Below, one piece after another: positions 12,258 to 25,299 of a DNA stretch of 64,000 nucleotides. This DNA comes from Macrostomum hystrix. Its lineage: Eukaryota; Animalia; Platyhelminthes. The stretch covers positions 6,882,001 through 6,946,000 of the forward strand of contig CATNEN010000038.1 of NCBI GenBank assembly GCA_950097015.1, read 5' to 3'. The notes under the pieces were generated by a model. That model was not told the DNA's origin. It was given only the letters and a program-made list of their open reading frames with translations, and made no database searches. A program made the translations under genes and the position numbers. How positions within the stretch are numbered: the stretch's first letter is position 1; the number at the start of each line of letters is the position of its first letter.

Positions 12258-15200
12258 GTTCGATGATCTCATTGGTTCATTGCAACAACCTGGCCTTGCG
12301 AGTGCACCTGCTGGTTCTTGTGGTACTAATCAAAATGGTTTGCCTTATGAAAGTGTTTAGTTTTTTTACTTGTCTTTTTTGTAAGCCACTAGAAGTTCTT
12401 GCCTTTGATTACAGTTTTTTAATTAAGAAATCAGTTGCTCATTTTCCCGCCCGATTTAGTCGCATATTTAAGTTATATCATGCTAAACTTTTTTTCATGG
12501 ACCAAGTTTCCGGCAAGCCGCATGCAGTGTACAGTCCATGTGAAGATGCTGGAGCGCTTCTGGTACATCGGAATGAGTTTTGAACGAGTGTCTTTTTATG
12601 TCCGTCCTGTGAAATTGTTTTTATTTTTAATTTTCTTCTTCTTTTTTATTCAACTCATTTAATTCCTTTTTTATCAGCTAATTCCATGGCAACATGAGCA
12701 TACATCTCGCAGATTTCTATTGGGTGTAATTTTACCAAATGATGCCTGTGTCGGCAATCCGATGTGGCTGCCTTCTGTTTTTACATTTTTGTCCTTTTAG
12801 CTGTTTTAGTAGACTTGTTTTTATTTTAATTCTGCCATTTTTTTCTCGTTGCCTTTTTGCGATTTCCTTCTGATTCTCAATTTTTTTATGAATGTAACAA
12901 AAAGTTGAGCGGACCATGACAACTGATCGATGTTTTGCCTTAATCTCGATTACTGTACATATTATTTCTAGTACGCGTCTACAATATTTGCTGTCAATAA
13001 GAAATCCGATCCATCATTGTTTCTGTTTCCTTGCCTTGTAGACAATTTTTATTGAATTTTTTTGCTTCTTTTACCTTGTAGTGTTAAGTTGTTTATTTTA
13101 GTTGCAGTTTGTTTGTCTGTTTGTTTATTATCTGTCTCTCCGTTTTGTAAAACGATAATTTGTATAACAAAACTAACTGAATTGCCTTTATCAGCCAAGA
13201 TTTTATTTAGTAGGAGCTGTTCTTTGCTGCACCCGACTCGGTATGTAACGATTCTCTTCTCTCCATCGAGAATGCCTAGCTCTTTTGCCTTTTTCTTGTC
13301 TTCTATCTCACAGGAAAGATTTCAAATGAAGAAATGAACAGCGAAAATGTGGTCCTTAGGTTACAGCAAATCGAGTTTAGACTACAAACCTAGCTAGATC
13401 TTCCAGCCATATGTACTTAGCTGAGTTACTCAGCGAAGCGCGGCGCTTCTATGTGTAGTTTTCTCCTAATAACACACACCAATAGCAGGAATGAAATATT
13501 AGCTTATGCTAGCACAGATTCCACTCTTGGACAGGCTGGTTAGCGGCAGAAAGCAAAAGAAATAAACTGGAACAGTCGACTGCCGTACCACCATGCTTAC
13601 TCGCTCTCAGCTACTTGAGCTCTGTCTTTACAGTATCTTTTCTATCCTGAGTTTTGGCTCGCTCACTGCAGCGGCCCCGTGCCTTTGTGTGCCGGCTACG
13701 TACAAAGCTTTATAATATGCTTTACATTCGCCTGCGGAGGTTGCCTCAGCTGTTTTGTTAAGAGCTTTTGACTTATCAGCTCACCCTACTCTGGCTGAAG
13801 GGTTAGACATTTTTATCGATTTTTCGCGCCACTAATTGGCGACCCTCACCCGGGTTAGAAAATTTTATCGATTTTTCACGCCATTTGCTGGCCAACCCTC
13901 GTTATTTAAGCTTCTTTGATGGGTTAGAAAATTTTCTTATCGATTTCTTATCGCAATCCACATTCCTCGAGTACAGTTGCTGCCCCGCAAACCCCAGATC
14001 AGCCAAGTACGCAGCGTTTAACCCACCCAACTCCCTGACATATCGTCACTCGCACAAGCCCCTCAACTCATTCCACCCAACCGGATTCAGACTAACCAAA
14101 GTTAATTAATTAATATAATAACTACTAACTAACCACTTACTAACTTAACCATGTTTGTTTTATTAGATTCTAGTAGACAATAAAATTTATAGTAAACTAA
14201 GCGAAACATTATTTGCAACATCCCTCACTACTGCTTATTCTGCCGGCATCCAAAATGCCGTGCTGTATGTTTTAATATTTCGGAGTTGACTCTATGCAAC
14301 TCTTATTTCATACTTAGCAAATGAAATAATTGCTCACCCTGAAAAAAACGTTTCCTTTTACTTTCAGTAGACGCGTTAGGTTAAAAAAAAATAATTCGTG
14401 TCGAAAACAAAACTAGGCGTAACATATATCAGTTTAGAATAGCTTGCCAATCCCTGTCGCATCATTATCCAATATATGCATGCATGTTATTTTAGCTGGT
14501 GAAGACATATTTCTTGCCCGTCTTCTTTGTTTCTCAGTTCAAGACGAATTAAAATATTATTAATTCATTATGACATTATGACATTTAAGCTTCTCAGACA
14601 TTATTGCATTATCTTATTTTCTTAAGAAAATTTTTTACGATTTCTGTGACTAATTTAAGTGGCTTAACAGTCTGTGTTCTTTGAAATTGTAGATTAAATT
14701 GCCGTAACTCCACGCTTTGCTGTGCACTAATTGAACCCATGTTTGTCAATTTTTCCTTGTCCTATCTGTTTTTGTACTTACTACTCACAAGTAGTGAGTA
14801 CAGGAAGTTGGAGGTTGATCGTGTTGAATCTCAATCTGTCTGCTTATAAGAGACGTGTCTGGATGAATAATTTTTGGAACAAATCTCAATATATTTCTGT
14901 CGACGCACAATCTCGGCAGTTTTTATAGCTCCTTGTTGGTATACTCGTAATCGTGCTTGCTCTCCTTAGCACTTACTGTGCCGTATCATAATCCTAGCTT
15001 GCAGCTTTGCTCAATGTGTAGTCTTCGCTTTTGTGCCCTCAAATCGTGACCTAGGCTCATAGAGTAGAGTCTGTAGAGTTGAAAATACTCAACTATAGGT
15101 AATTTTGGTTTATTGAAATGATTTAGAAACTTCGAATTGCAAATCTCTGTTGCCTCATTTTGATTTTGCTATCTTTCCTCTAGTGACGTCCTTAATTCCG

Positions 15201-15559
15201 CGTTGAAATCTAGTATTGCTGATGATGTGTTGTTGCTTGTTTATGTACTTTAGTATATTTTCCTTGTCGTGTTTTGTTCTTTTTCGTTAAACCAAATATT
15301 AAAATCTAAAGCTGCACCTTTTAACATCAAGAAGCTAAAATATAATATCGATTTGGTTATTTCTGTTCCTTTCAATCCTGTAATCTGTTCCTCTTTTATT
15401 TACTAATCGTCATTTTGTCATTCGGAGTAGTAATAATGAATCTAAAAAACGCAAAAACTGTTTTATTTGCCTTGCAATTAATTCAAGAAAATATTAGTTA
15501 AAACAAGTGCTAGTTTAATAACGGATCTTTATCAAATCTACAGAGTTCAGCTTAAATAA

Positions 15560-15670
15560 AAAATATATTATTACACGTGCCACAATCCGACTATAGATGT
15601 GCAGCCGACAGCACAGCCGCAGTCTGTTAAGTCCATGGACTGGGGGGGGGGGCGCCATACTTACCCTCAT
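15560..15670 (-). mobile_element. Partial (3' part) copy of the tRNA-derived SINE
   Basis: Reverse complement reads gtccatggacttaacag..ctgcggctgtgctgtcggctgcacatct, matching 16510-16580. Confidence 0.6.
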
Positions 15671-16355
15671 TTTTCCAGAGAGCTAAAGCTGCAGGTAACC
15701 ATTTAAGAATTAACTCATGGACTCAACTTGTTGAACAGCACTAAAATTTGCTGAACAGAAAACAGAACGTGGAATACGCGTTTCATTAATGCTTTGGCTA
15801 GAACTATAGAACTCTATATGAATTTATTTCCTGCAGGGGGTGTGTAGAGACGGTTGATTATTTGTTTTATTAGATTCTAATCTTGATGTTTCACTGTATT
15901 GTTGAGCTCTCTTGCTTGCATTCATAAGTACAACATTTTTCTCTTCTGAACAAAACCCTATAGAAACTATACTCTACCCTCCGATAATTTCTCAAATTAT
16001 TTTCAGCCTTGTTTTTAATATACGGTGTGTGGTTGGCCTGGGAAGCTTAGTCCACTAGAAGCTAAAAAGCCTTATTTGCTAAGCTGAGTGGTTTACCAGG
16101 GTTTAGATACATTGAATGAGTATGATAGCTTTCTGAGCCCATTTGCCTAGACGGCGCCATAGTACGAGTGTAACACGAAATTGTATGTCCTCGAAGTGCA
16201 TTTTATTGTGCCGCTGATAAGGTTAGAGCTTCTGCTTTTGTCTAGATTGAATGTGGTTTCCACTGACGCAGTTTCATGCCATAGTTTGGGTAAAGCAGAC
16301 AATTTGCTCGAATAATTCAATTGCTTGCTCACAGGCTTAACTAGCTTGCGAAATA

Positions 16356-16615
16356 GGTTGTAGCCTTGTGGTTAGAGCGTCGGACTCACGACTTGAAGGT
16401 CGGGAGTTCGATTCCCGACTCCACTGGAACATTTTGTGTTCTTCAGCAAGACAATTAACGCTGCGTTGCTTCAGTTCACCTAGCTGTTAAACGGGTACCA
16501 TAATTAGCTGTCCATGGACTGAACAGCCGTAATAGATGCGCTGCGTAATCGCTGCGGCTGCGCTGTCGGCTGCATATCTGGCCTAATTGGGGCAGGTGTA
16601 ATCAATTATTATTAT
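16356..16615 (+). mobile_element. tRNA-derived SINE
   Basis: tRNA-like head with A box (TAGCCTTGTGG) and B box (GTTCGATTCC, 16406-16415), central tgtgttcttcagcaagacaattaac segment, (TTA)n tail. A near-identical copy lies at 33736-33917 on the minus strand. Confidence 0.8.
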
Positions 16616-17644
16616 TTAAAATTCCCTATCGCTCAGGAGTCTGTAATTTCTATTGCCTCGCGGTTTCGTTTTGACGGGGCCAATTAAATTAGTTTTTGTC
16701 TACGGCAAACTTTTTAGTAACAGTTACGGTTAAAACAAAAAGTAAAATCCATGCTTAGCTCTACGCTCGTACACAATTAAAAATCATAATCATAGTCGAC
16801 ACGGCTTACTCTCCATCAGTCAGCCGTTCTGACGGCCTCAAATCTGTGTGGACTCTAACGAAATCTCTGCTGGTAGCTGTTTCAATATTACGAAGCACCT
16901 AAACTATAGGATAGTTTTAGCTGTATGCTAGCACACCCTTGTCAGGAATCCAAGTGCTCTATTTTGGCAAAGCAGTTTCGGGCCGCGGGCCTTACTGCTA
17001 GAAGGCCAAATTAATTGCGAATCGTCAGAACTTGCTTCATACAATTAGCTGACTGTGACTGTCGGGTTGGTGCCAGTATCACGATGGGGTTTTTAGATTA
17101 GCAAGGCCAGCCGCCCTGCATGGCTTCTCATGATGGATGGGTGAGGCAACCTTCTCAACAATTCAATTTGCATCAACTCATTTTTATGAGCAGACGCATT
17201 TTATTTAACGAGTTCTGAGTATAGACAAGGCTTTCAGATCCAGGGATATTTTTCTGTGTATGACTGTTTATGCATAGAAGTGGTCACATGCCCTAGCTGC
17301 AGCTCACTGCAGGCCAAGTGAGGAAACCGGTGTGTTGACGGCTTTGACACAGCCCTCCCCTCCCCAAACCCATTTCTACCCAAATTGCCACAAGTCGGGA
17401 CGCTGGCAGTATGGGTGTGGCTGCATTGCAGTGAGTTTGTAGTCCCGTGCAGGGTTAGAACAGAACCGACCAAATCCACCTCGGTCAGGCCAGATGTAGC
17501 ATTCCTCGCAATTCAGTGAATGAATGGGTTGGGAAGAGAAAATCCCAACCGCTGACAGAACCGGTTTGAATCGGATTAGACCAGGGCTGCTGGCCCAACC
17601 CCCGCCCCAGGCGATGAGGAGGATTGGGTGGGGCCTGAGTTGAG

Positions 17645-17650
17645 TATAAA
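17645..17650 (+). promoter_or_regulatory. TATA box of the EF-hand gene at 17759
   Basis: TATAAA ~110 bp upstream of the ATG; AATAAA at 18193 downstream of the gene. Confidence 0.5.
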
Positions 17651-17758
17651 GCAGGCAGCTCCTAGGTCCGACCGTGACACCGCTCCTCACTGCAACAGCT
17701 GCCATCAGCTCGTGCCATTTTCGCAGATTCTCTTCCAAGCTATAATTAGGCAATCGAC

Positions 17759-17962
17759 ATGTCTGAGAAGGAATTGTTCGCCGCTTACGACAAGGACAAC
17801 AGCGGCTTCATCACCTGGGACGAGATCGTCGCTGCCTGCGGCAAGCTGAGCCCTCCGATGTCAGAGGCCGATGCCAAGGCCCTGATCGCCAAGCACGACT
17901 TGGACAACGACGGGAAGATCAGCTACGAAGAGTTCGTCAAGATGATGAAGTCCAAGCAGTGA
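17759..17962 (+). CDS. Small two-EF-hand calcium-binding protein (67 aa)
   Basis: Canonical loops DKDNSGFITWDE and DLDNDGKISYEE; intronless, GC3-rich. Confidence 0.9.
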   Translation: MSEKELFAAYDKDNSGFITWDEIVAACGKLSPPMSEADAKALIAKHDLDNDGKISYEEFVKMMKSKQ

Positions 17963-19204
17963 AGCTGAGCAGGGTGTATAGCTGCAATTGAGACAGCTTT
18001 GAAACATTAAGCGGTGCCTGCATTGGCTATTTATAATTCATTTCCTCTCTTGCACCCACCGTCCGAATCTCATCTGTTAACCTGGTCTAGTTCTTTAACA
18101 CCCATTTCAGCTTAGAACAGTCATGTTAAGCCCCCTCTTCAAATTGAATTCCTTACTGTAGATTTCCTTTTCTGGTAAACAACGCTTTTTCAAATAAACA
18201 CACGATCAGCTAAACAAGTTTTCATTGAGTAAAACTGAAATACCTATTAACCTACTACGCTTTGTGAATTATTTCCTATGGTTATATTTGAAGCACAATA
18301 GTCTGCCTTTGAAAGAATTTACAAAACCGCAGTCTCTAATTCAGATAAGAAATAATGTTGAATTCGATGAAAATTGTAAATGGCTTTTTCTATACTAATA
18401 TACTACCAAGACAAAAAAATTCTGAGCTTAATTTTATAGCTAAAGAATACGAAGAAGACCCGCTTGCTTGTTGCCATGCAGGGCTAACATGCAAGCCTCT
18501 TGGGGTTGGGCTGGGTGGAGCTACTCAATAATTTAGATGTCAGGGCAGTGGCTCCATCAGCTACATGCACCAGGCAGCCATTTCCTAAACAGACAGCGTC
18601 AACTTTGGTATGAGAGAAGCAAACAGGGACAAGCCTATTGTCTCCTGCTTAAGCCCCATCCAATGCCCCCGCCCCAGCCGGGAGCTCGCAAACCAGCCTA
18701 AACTGGAATATTTAGCAGCGTTAGTGGATTAGGCCATCAAAGAAGCCCACGTTATAGAACCAGCTGCAGCTGCTTCAATTCTCGGCCTTTCCTGCTTGCC
18801 TCGTTAAACTCACAATGCTTCTCGTCGCTGATAATTGACATTTGCATGGATGCTTTACTGGCTCAGTGTGCTAATGAAATCATAATTAGATATTGGTTGG
18901 ATGTGAGTGCGAGCCATCTTTCCAGATAAGATTTCGCGTCTAAACTTAGATCGATACAAATACAAAAAGTGCATCCTCGCTTCTCGCTTCTCGCTCCTCG
19001 CTTCGTCTATACCTACCTGCCTCTGTTGGTTGTCAACGACAACGCGCGAGGGCTATAGAGCATTGTGTGGAGGAAATTTTGGCGCCAAATTAAGGGCTAG
19101 GAAGGCAGCCTGCTGAGGGAAGGATGATTCAATGAAAGTTCTTTCCCTCCTTTGGTCCCACTCTCCCTACTAGCTGTTAAAATGCGTCAGTTGAGAGTAA
19201 GTCG

Positions 19205-19740
19205 AGTTGCATCAGTCATATAATCCTGTTCGCAAAAACAAGTAGATCGTCAACACAGAATTTCCCATCGAATTGAAGAGCATTGGGCTCATTAATGACA
19301 GGAATGTTGTAAATACTATTTGCAAAGGTGATGTGGTTCTCGCGAATCGATTGGCGACAGTCGACCAGGACCGCAGTCTCTGCGGCCCAAGTCCCAAGAG
19401 TCCCGGTAAACAGTAGAACTAATACCCCCGACCATGGCGTTTTTTTGCTGCGAACTGAACGGAGCAGCTCGAGCACACGAAACTCAAGATCTAGGGCCAA
19501 CTTTTTGTTGCGCATCTTCTGTAACGAGAATCATGTCGCCAGCTCTTTAGACCGTCGAGATACCTTTATCTAGACCGACTGCTGGACCTTCAAGGGCTAT
19601 AACAGGTGGAACTTGGCCACTATGGACATCCTGACGCGAATTTTTCTAATTTCACTGATCAAGCCTATTAGGCGCAGCTCAACCGATCAGGACACCCTCG
19701 CCTGGTCTGTCTACAAATCAGTTACCACGCTGGGGGGAGA
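19205..19740 (-). pseudogene. Probable decayed SAM-TIR (SARM1-like) gene fragment
   Basis: One frame with several stops reads ELRLIGLISEIRKIRVRMSI (SAM C-terminal helices), then V*IKVSRRSKELAT*...LALDLE...LLRSVRS...VLVLLFTGTLG...DCRQSIRE...NIPVI...NALQF...RII, collinear by eye with a SARM1-type TIR domain. Confidence 0.42.
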
Positions 19741-20538
19741 ATGTATGAAAACGGGCGGCAAAATGGCTTCGTAGTCTTACTTTTAATGCGGCCTGATCGC
19801 GACACCCAGCTCGGAGACTTTCTTGCGAGACCCGGAGTTAAATTGTTATTATAAAAACAGCGATTGTACTTTTAGTAAAAGCTTTGCTACACAATTCCCT
19901 ACTTTTCGTGCAGCCTTTTTTGCACAGTCCGAGTCCTACGCTCATTAACACAATCGCGCATGCAAGGCATTCTAAGCCAGTAGAACTCAAACGATTGAGT
20001 CCGTCAAGTCAAGTACGAGTTCTGTAAACGCATGTGCAATTCTTTCAAGTCCAGTCATTCAACCTTTTCACATTTATAAGCTGTTTCTCGATGCTCCCCT
20101 GAACGAGTATCATCGCAAATAATGCACATTGGAAAGTGGTTTGTTTCTAACGCCACGCAGTCCATCTATAAGCAATTTATTTGCTTCTCAATCGTTTTTC
20201 AACACGCTTCATTGTTTCAAAGGCCGCCTCGGGTCGTCGAGGCCATTTTATTCATTTTTATGTGCACACTCACGCGAGTGGAGCATTGAGTCGCCCCACA
20301 CAGTGGAGGCCCTCAGGCGAGCAGGGCCAGGCCCGCAGGTCTGCTGCTTGGTTGGATGAGTGCGGCTGCGATGGCCGAAAATGAGAGTGAGAAGGAGACA
20401 CGAAAAAAGAGTGAGAGTGAGAAGAAAGAGGCACCCAACTTTATATATAAGTATAGCGCCACTGCAGTCGCCACATCACAACAAACACTGCCACGATTCG
20501 AGTGACGAAACAAAAACTGCAGAATCTTTATAAGCACA

Positions 20539-20754
20539 ATGTCGACCGACCAGGCTGCCATTAAGAAGGTGTTCAAGGAAATAGACCTGGACGGCAACGG
20601 TTTCCTGTCGGCTGACGAGATCAAGAAGGCCATGATCGAAATGCGCTGTCCGATGAACGACGCTGAAATTCAGAAATTGATAAAAGAGTGCGACAAGGAC
20701 GGGGACGGCCGCATCAACTACAATGAGTTCGCCGAGGCATTGGGCAGGATGTAG
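20539..20754 (+). CDS. Small two-EF-hand calcium-binding protein (71 aa)
   Basis: Loops DLDGNGFLSADE and DKDGDGRINYNE; TATA-like tatatataag at ~20442. Confidence 0.92.
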   Translation: MSTDQAAIKKVFKEIDLDGNGFLSADEIKKAMIEMRCPMNDAEIQKLIKECDKDGDGRINYNEFAEALGRM

Positions 20755-21710
20755 GCCTGCTAATGAAGCACCTGCTCGCATTGAATACCTATCGCGCTTA
20801 CTTTGGCTGACCAGAATATTCTTTGCTATCATTATATAATTCACTACTGTTGTCCATTGGTTTACTGAAATTTAATTATAAGGCACGCTACATTTACTGT
20901 TCAGTTAAACAAAACTTATTGATGACTATAATGGTCATCGGCCCTGATAATTTAAAACGTTTATATTTCACAACATTTCACAAGTGATTAAAATCAAATA
21001 TAACATCTTGTGTTTTAAAAAAATTAATAAATAATAGTTTTCGTGTTTCGCTTCTGATATTTTTCATTGCGATGTTTCGACTGTGAACAGGTGAACTGTA
21101 TGCAAAGTGTCTTTATTGAGACCCATTATTATAGTCTCATTATCGTCCTTTTATACGGCTGACACAAGCAATAGCAGCCAATAAAAAATCGGAAGCAATA
21201 AATTTATAATTCCAGCCGTTACTGATTTGCCCATATAAATGCATTTTGAGGCGCGGCAGACATCTGTGGGCTTAACTAAAACTTGGTAAGATAATATAAT
21301 ATAATAGCTATTACAATATTGTTACAAGCTTCAACTACATGTATATGTGTGCTTTTAATTGCACACACGCACTGGTAGGCACAGATTCCATATTACCAGG
21401 TTGGCACTCAGGAGAACTCAGGAAACTCAGGAGAACTCCGAGAAGACACGGCCGATCAATAAGACGAAGGCGAACAGCCGGCTTACGAATACCAAGAAGA
21501 CTACGAACTACTATTCGCACTAGAAAGAAGATACCAGTACAGTAAGTGTCACGTGACTTTATAAATTCTTAGGCAATTGTCCCCCATTGTCTAAGTTGTT
21601 GGAGTTTTGTGTGCAGCCCTGATCAACACACCGGTCTCTTCAGGACGTTCTGGCATCCCACACAGCTATTTCGAGTGAGTGTTGTGTTGTCTAGTGTTGT
21701 CTAGTGCGAC

Positions 21711-22400
21711 CTAAAAGAGCTTGTTCTGGATATTCTCGACAAGAAATCGGGTTGGCATGTGGCCTGAATGTTTCACAGACATGAAACTACTGAGTAACAG
21801 GTACAGGTTGATGTTGCAGCAAACATCACCAACAAGAGCCCATTCTGGAAGCTTAAATGTCGCAAGATTATCATGTAGAAGAATTTTTTTAATTGTCACA
21901 TTGAGGAAAAATTGCTTAGTAACTGGAATTCTCGAGAATGCCTTGTTCCAACACACTGACATCTCTTCGGCATTGCCATGCGCTAACAGTGGGCTGCGTA
22001 GCATGAACACTAGCAAGACCAGGGGGTATTTCAAACACCGCTGCCTACTTGGCGGTAGCTCCCGAACCGAATAACCGATTTTCGTGAAAGTCCACTATGG
22101 CTCCAAAGTTTCCGCTCTTTATGATGAACTCACTTTCAAAGCCGTTCAAGTCAGCATCGTCGAGATATTCAGCGATTCTTGTCGAAGACCCTGATGACAA
22201 GGACAGCTGACATTGCTCGTATGAACCTGTATGGCGAATCCATATTGCTTAAAAAGCAATAGTATAAATTAATACAGTATATAGTCAACAATCATAGCCA
22301 ACATGGTGGTTTTTGCCACCAGACACCCCCGACGTTGAACATGACGATGCCGATGTTTTTAATTCCGGAAGTTGTCTCATCGGACAAGCGAAGTCATCAG
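21711..22400 (-). mobile_element. Degenerate hAT-like transposase remnant (C-terminal dimerisation region)
   Basis: Translation KYPLVLLVFMLRSPLLAHGNAEEMSVCWNK resembles the hAT YPxL...HGNAxxERxFSxNK motif; stops and frameshifts upstream. Confidence 0.45.
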
Positions 22401-22717
22401 GCTGTCAATCTTTTTGAGCTGATGGCAACAAAAATATACTACAATTTTGGCAATTCAACTTTTAGAACTTATGTCTGATAAATAACAGTTCTCGTTTTTA
22501 AACGTACTTAAAGTGCAGTCCACTGGCTAGAACAGACGGACGCACAAGCTCCAACCACTAGTAAGTTGCTGGGATTATATTCAGCTTTCTAAAAAAAACA
22601 TTTTTTAGTATCGAAACATGGATCCTATGAAGCCTATATACTGGTAAGCATAATGAGGGCATGGCGCGTGTTTGTCTCTCTAGGTTCTATATTCAGAGCT
22701 TCATTTACAGTAGTCTT

Positions 22718-23830
22718 GGGTGTCCACGATTAGCCATGGTGTCCTCTGTTAGATATGTGTGTCCACTATAACACAAGGGTGTCCACTGTTACACAAGGGT
22801 GTCCACTATTAGCCATGGTGTCCTCTGTTAGATAATGGGTGTCCACTATAACACAAGGGTGTCCACTGTTACACAAGGGTGTCCACTATAACACAAGGGT
22901 GTCCACTGTTACACAAGGGTATCCACTATAACACAAGGGTGTCCACTATTACACAAGGGTGTCCACTGTTACACAAGGGTGTCCACTATTACACAAAGGT
23001 ATCCACTATTGCACAAGGGTATCCACTGTTACACAAGGGTGTCCACTATTAGCCATGGTGTCCTCTGTTAGATATGGGTGTCCACTATTACACAAGGGTG
23101 TCCACTGTTACACAAGGGTGTCCACAGCTGTTACACAAGGGTGTCCACTATTAGCCATGGTGTCCTCTGTTAGATAATGGGTGTCCACTATAACACAAGG
23201 GTGTCCACTGTTACACAAGGGTGTCCACTATAACACAAGGGTGTCCACTGTTACACAAGGGTATCCACTATAACACAAGGGTGTCCACTATTACACAAGG
23301 GTGTCCACTGTTACACAAGGGTGTCCACTATTACACAAAGGTATCCACTATTGCACAAGGGTATCCACTGTTACACAAGGGTGTCCACTATTAGCCATGG
23401 TGTCCTCTGTTAGATATGGGTGTCCACTATTACACAAGGGTGTCCACTGTTACACAAGGGTGTCCACAGCTGTTACACAAGGGTGTCCACTATTAGCCAT
23501 GGTGTCCTCTGTTAGATATGGGTGTCCGCTATTACACAAGGGTGTCCACTTTTGCATAAGGATGTCCACTATTACACAGGGGTGTCCACTATTACACAAT
23601 GGTGTCCACTGTTGCAAAAGAGTGTCCATGCACTATAACACAAGGGTGTCCACTATTACACAAGGGTGTCCACTATTACACAATGCTGTCCACTGTTGCA
23701 AAAGAGTGTCCACTATAACACAAGGGTGTCCACTATTACACAAGGGTGTCCACTATTACACAAGGGTGTCCACTAATAGACAAGGGTGTCCACTGTTACA
23801 CAAGGGTGTCCACTAATAGACAAGGGTGTT
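22718..23830. repeat. 20-bp minisatellite (acacaagggtgtccactatt) with a 342-bp higher-order duplication
   Basis: Directly visible; identical blocks start at 22959 and 23301. Confidence 0.95.
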
Positions 23831-24752
23831 ATGAGACTAGACATGAGTTATTATATTTGAGACCTTACAACGTCACAAAGTTTCCTATCTCTGTAGTGCA
23901 ATTCAACGTTAATGATATTTCGTCTTTGTGAAGAATAGAGGCGTTAAAATTTTGGAAATTGTGAAATTTCGATCTTATGAAAGTTAAGCTCGACGTTGTA
24001 AAATTACCGGTTTGTGAAACGCCCGCTTCTTTTCGTGCAACTTTTTTTAGTCTGAGTCCCACGCTCATGAGCAAAATCACACAAGCATTCCACGCTAGTA
24101 CTCAAACGATTTTGCCCGTCAGTTAAGTAAGAGTTACTTTAATAGTAGAAAGATCACCGTATTTTTCTCTTTATCTCCCAAAATATTCAACCAATCGCCA
24201 TCAAAATCCCGAACACGGACTAAAATTTTCTCTCAATTGGCATACATTTTCTGCTCAAAAAGTTCCAACGTGTAACCGAGTCGGCTATTATTGTAGACAC
24301 AGTTTTATTGATAATATTATTCGCTAGTATATTTTTTAACCCCAATAGATTCGCCACGTAGGCTTATGTAGGGCAATGTTTAACCTATAATATAGTGTGC
24401 ATTAGTCACCGCACAGAATGCACACTGGAAAGGGGTGTTTCCAGTGCAGTCGCTAGTTAAGCCTTTTTTAGACACGTCTTATTGATTTAAAGGTCGCCCC
24501 TCGGACCGTCTATTTTAGTAATTGTTTTCTGTTTACTCTCGCTTCGTCGTGTGTTATTCTCAGGCTCAGGCCCGCACTGGTTTGACCTCCATGGCTGGAA
24601 GGGGGTTGCTGCGATGGCCGAAAAGGAGAGTTGGCTATGGATAAACAAACCCACCCACCTTTGAGTATAAGTAGCGCCCCAGTCGCCCCACTACAGCAGA
24701 CGCTCGGCACATTCAAGCGACGACACTAAAACCTGCAGTCTTTATCAGCACG

Positions 24753-24968
24753 ATGTCGGCCAACAAGGATTCCTGTCTGAGCGTATTCAAGGAGCTGGAC
24801 CTGGACGGCAATGGCTACCTGACAGCTGACGAGGTCAAGAAGGCCATGAAAGGCCTGGGGATCCCGATGAGCGACAGTGAGGTTCAGCAGCTGATCAATA
24901 ACTGCGACAAGGACGGGGACAGCCGCGTCAACTACAAGGAGTTCGCCGAGGCGCTGAGCAAGAAATAG
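24753..24968 (+). CDS. Small two-EF-hand calcium-binding protein (71 aa), paralogue of 20539
   Basis: Loops DLDGNGYLTADE and DKDGDSRVNYKE; flanks homologous to those of the 20539 gene; TATAAG at ~24665. Confidence 0.92.
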   Translation: MSANKDSCLSVFKELDLDGNGYLTADEVKKAMKGLGIPMSDSEVQQLINNCDKDGDSRVNYKEFAEALSKK

Positions 24969-25299
24969 GTCCGCTAATGATTGAGCCTACTTTAGTAGAC
25001 CAGCATATTCTTTGCTATAACTATACATAAACCAATACTGTTGTCTAAGCATTAATTAAAATTTATACTGCACTTTCATTTTTACGTTCCCTTTGTTTAT
25101 GTATGCCATTGTAATCGGCCGTGATATTTAGAGCGCATGTAATGGCGCGTAAATTGGCAAATATTACATCTTGTGTTTTTTAAACAAATAAAAAAAATGA
25201 CTTATATTTTCACTGCTGTTAATTTCCATTGCGCTAATTGTTATTACGGATTAACAGTAAGGACGGGGTCTAATTAAGACTAATTTCATGGGACCATTT

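Noticed and set aside
16356-16430. tRNA-Val(CAC) gene
   Set aside because: The acceptor stem does not pair well, the sequence continues into a SINE body, and the second copy has a different anticodon and an insertion.
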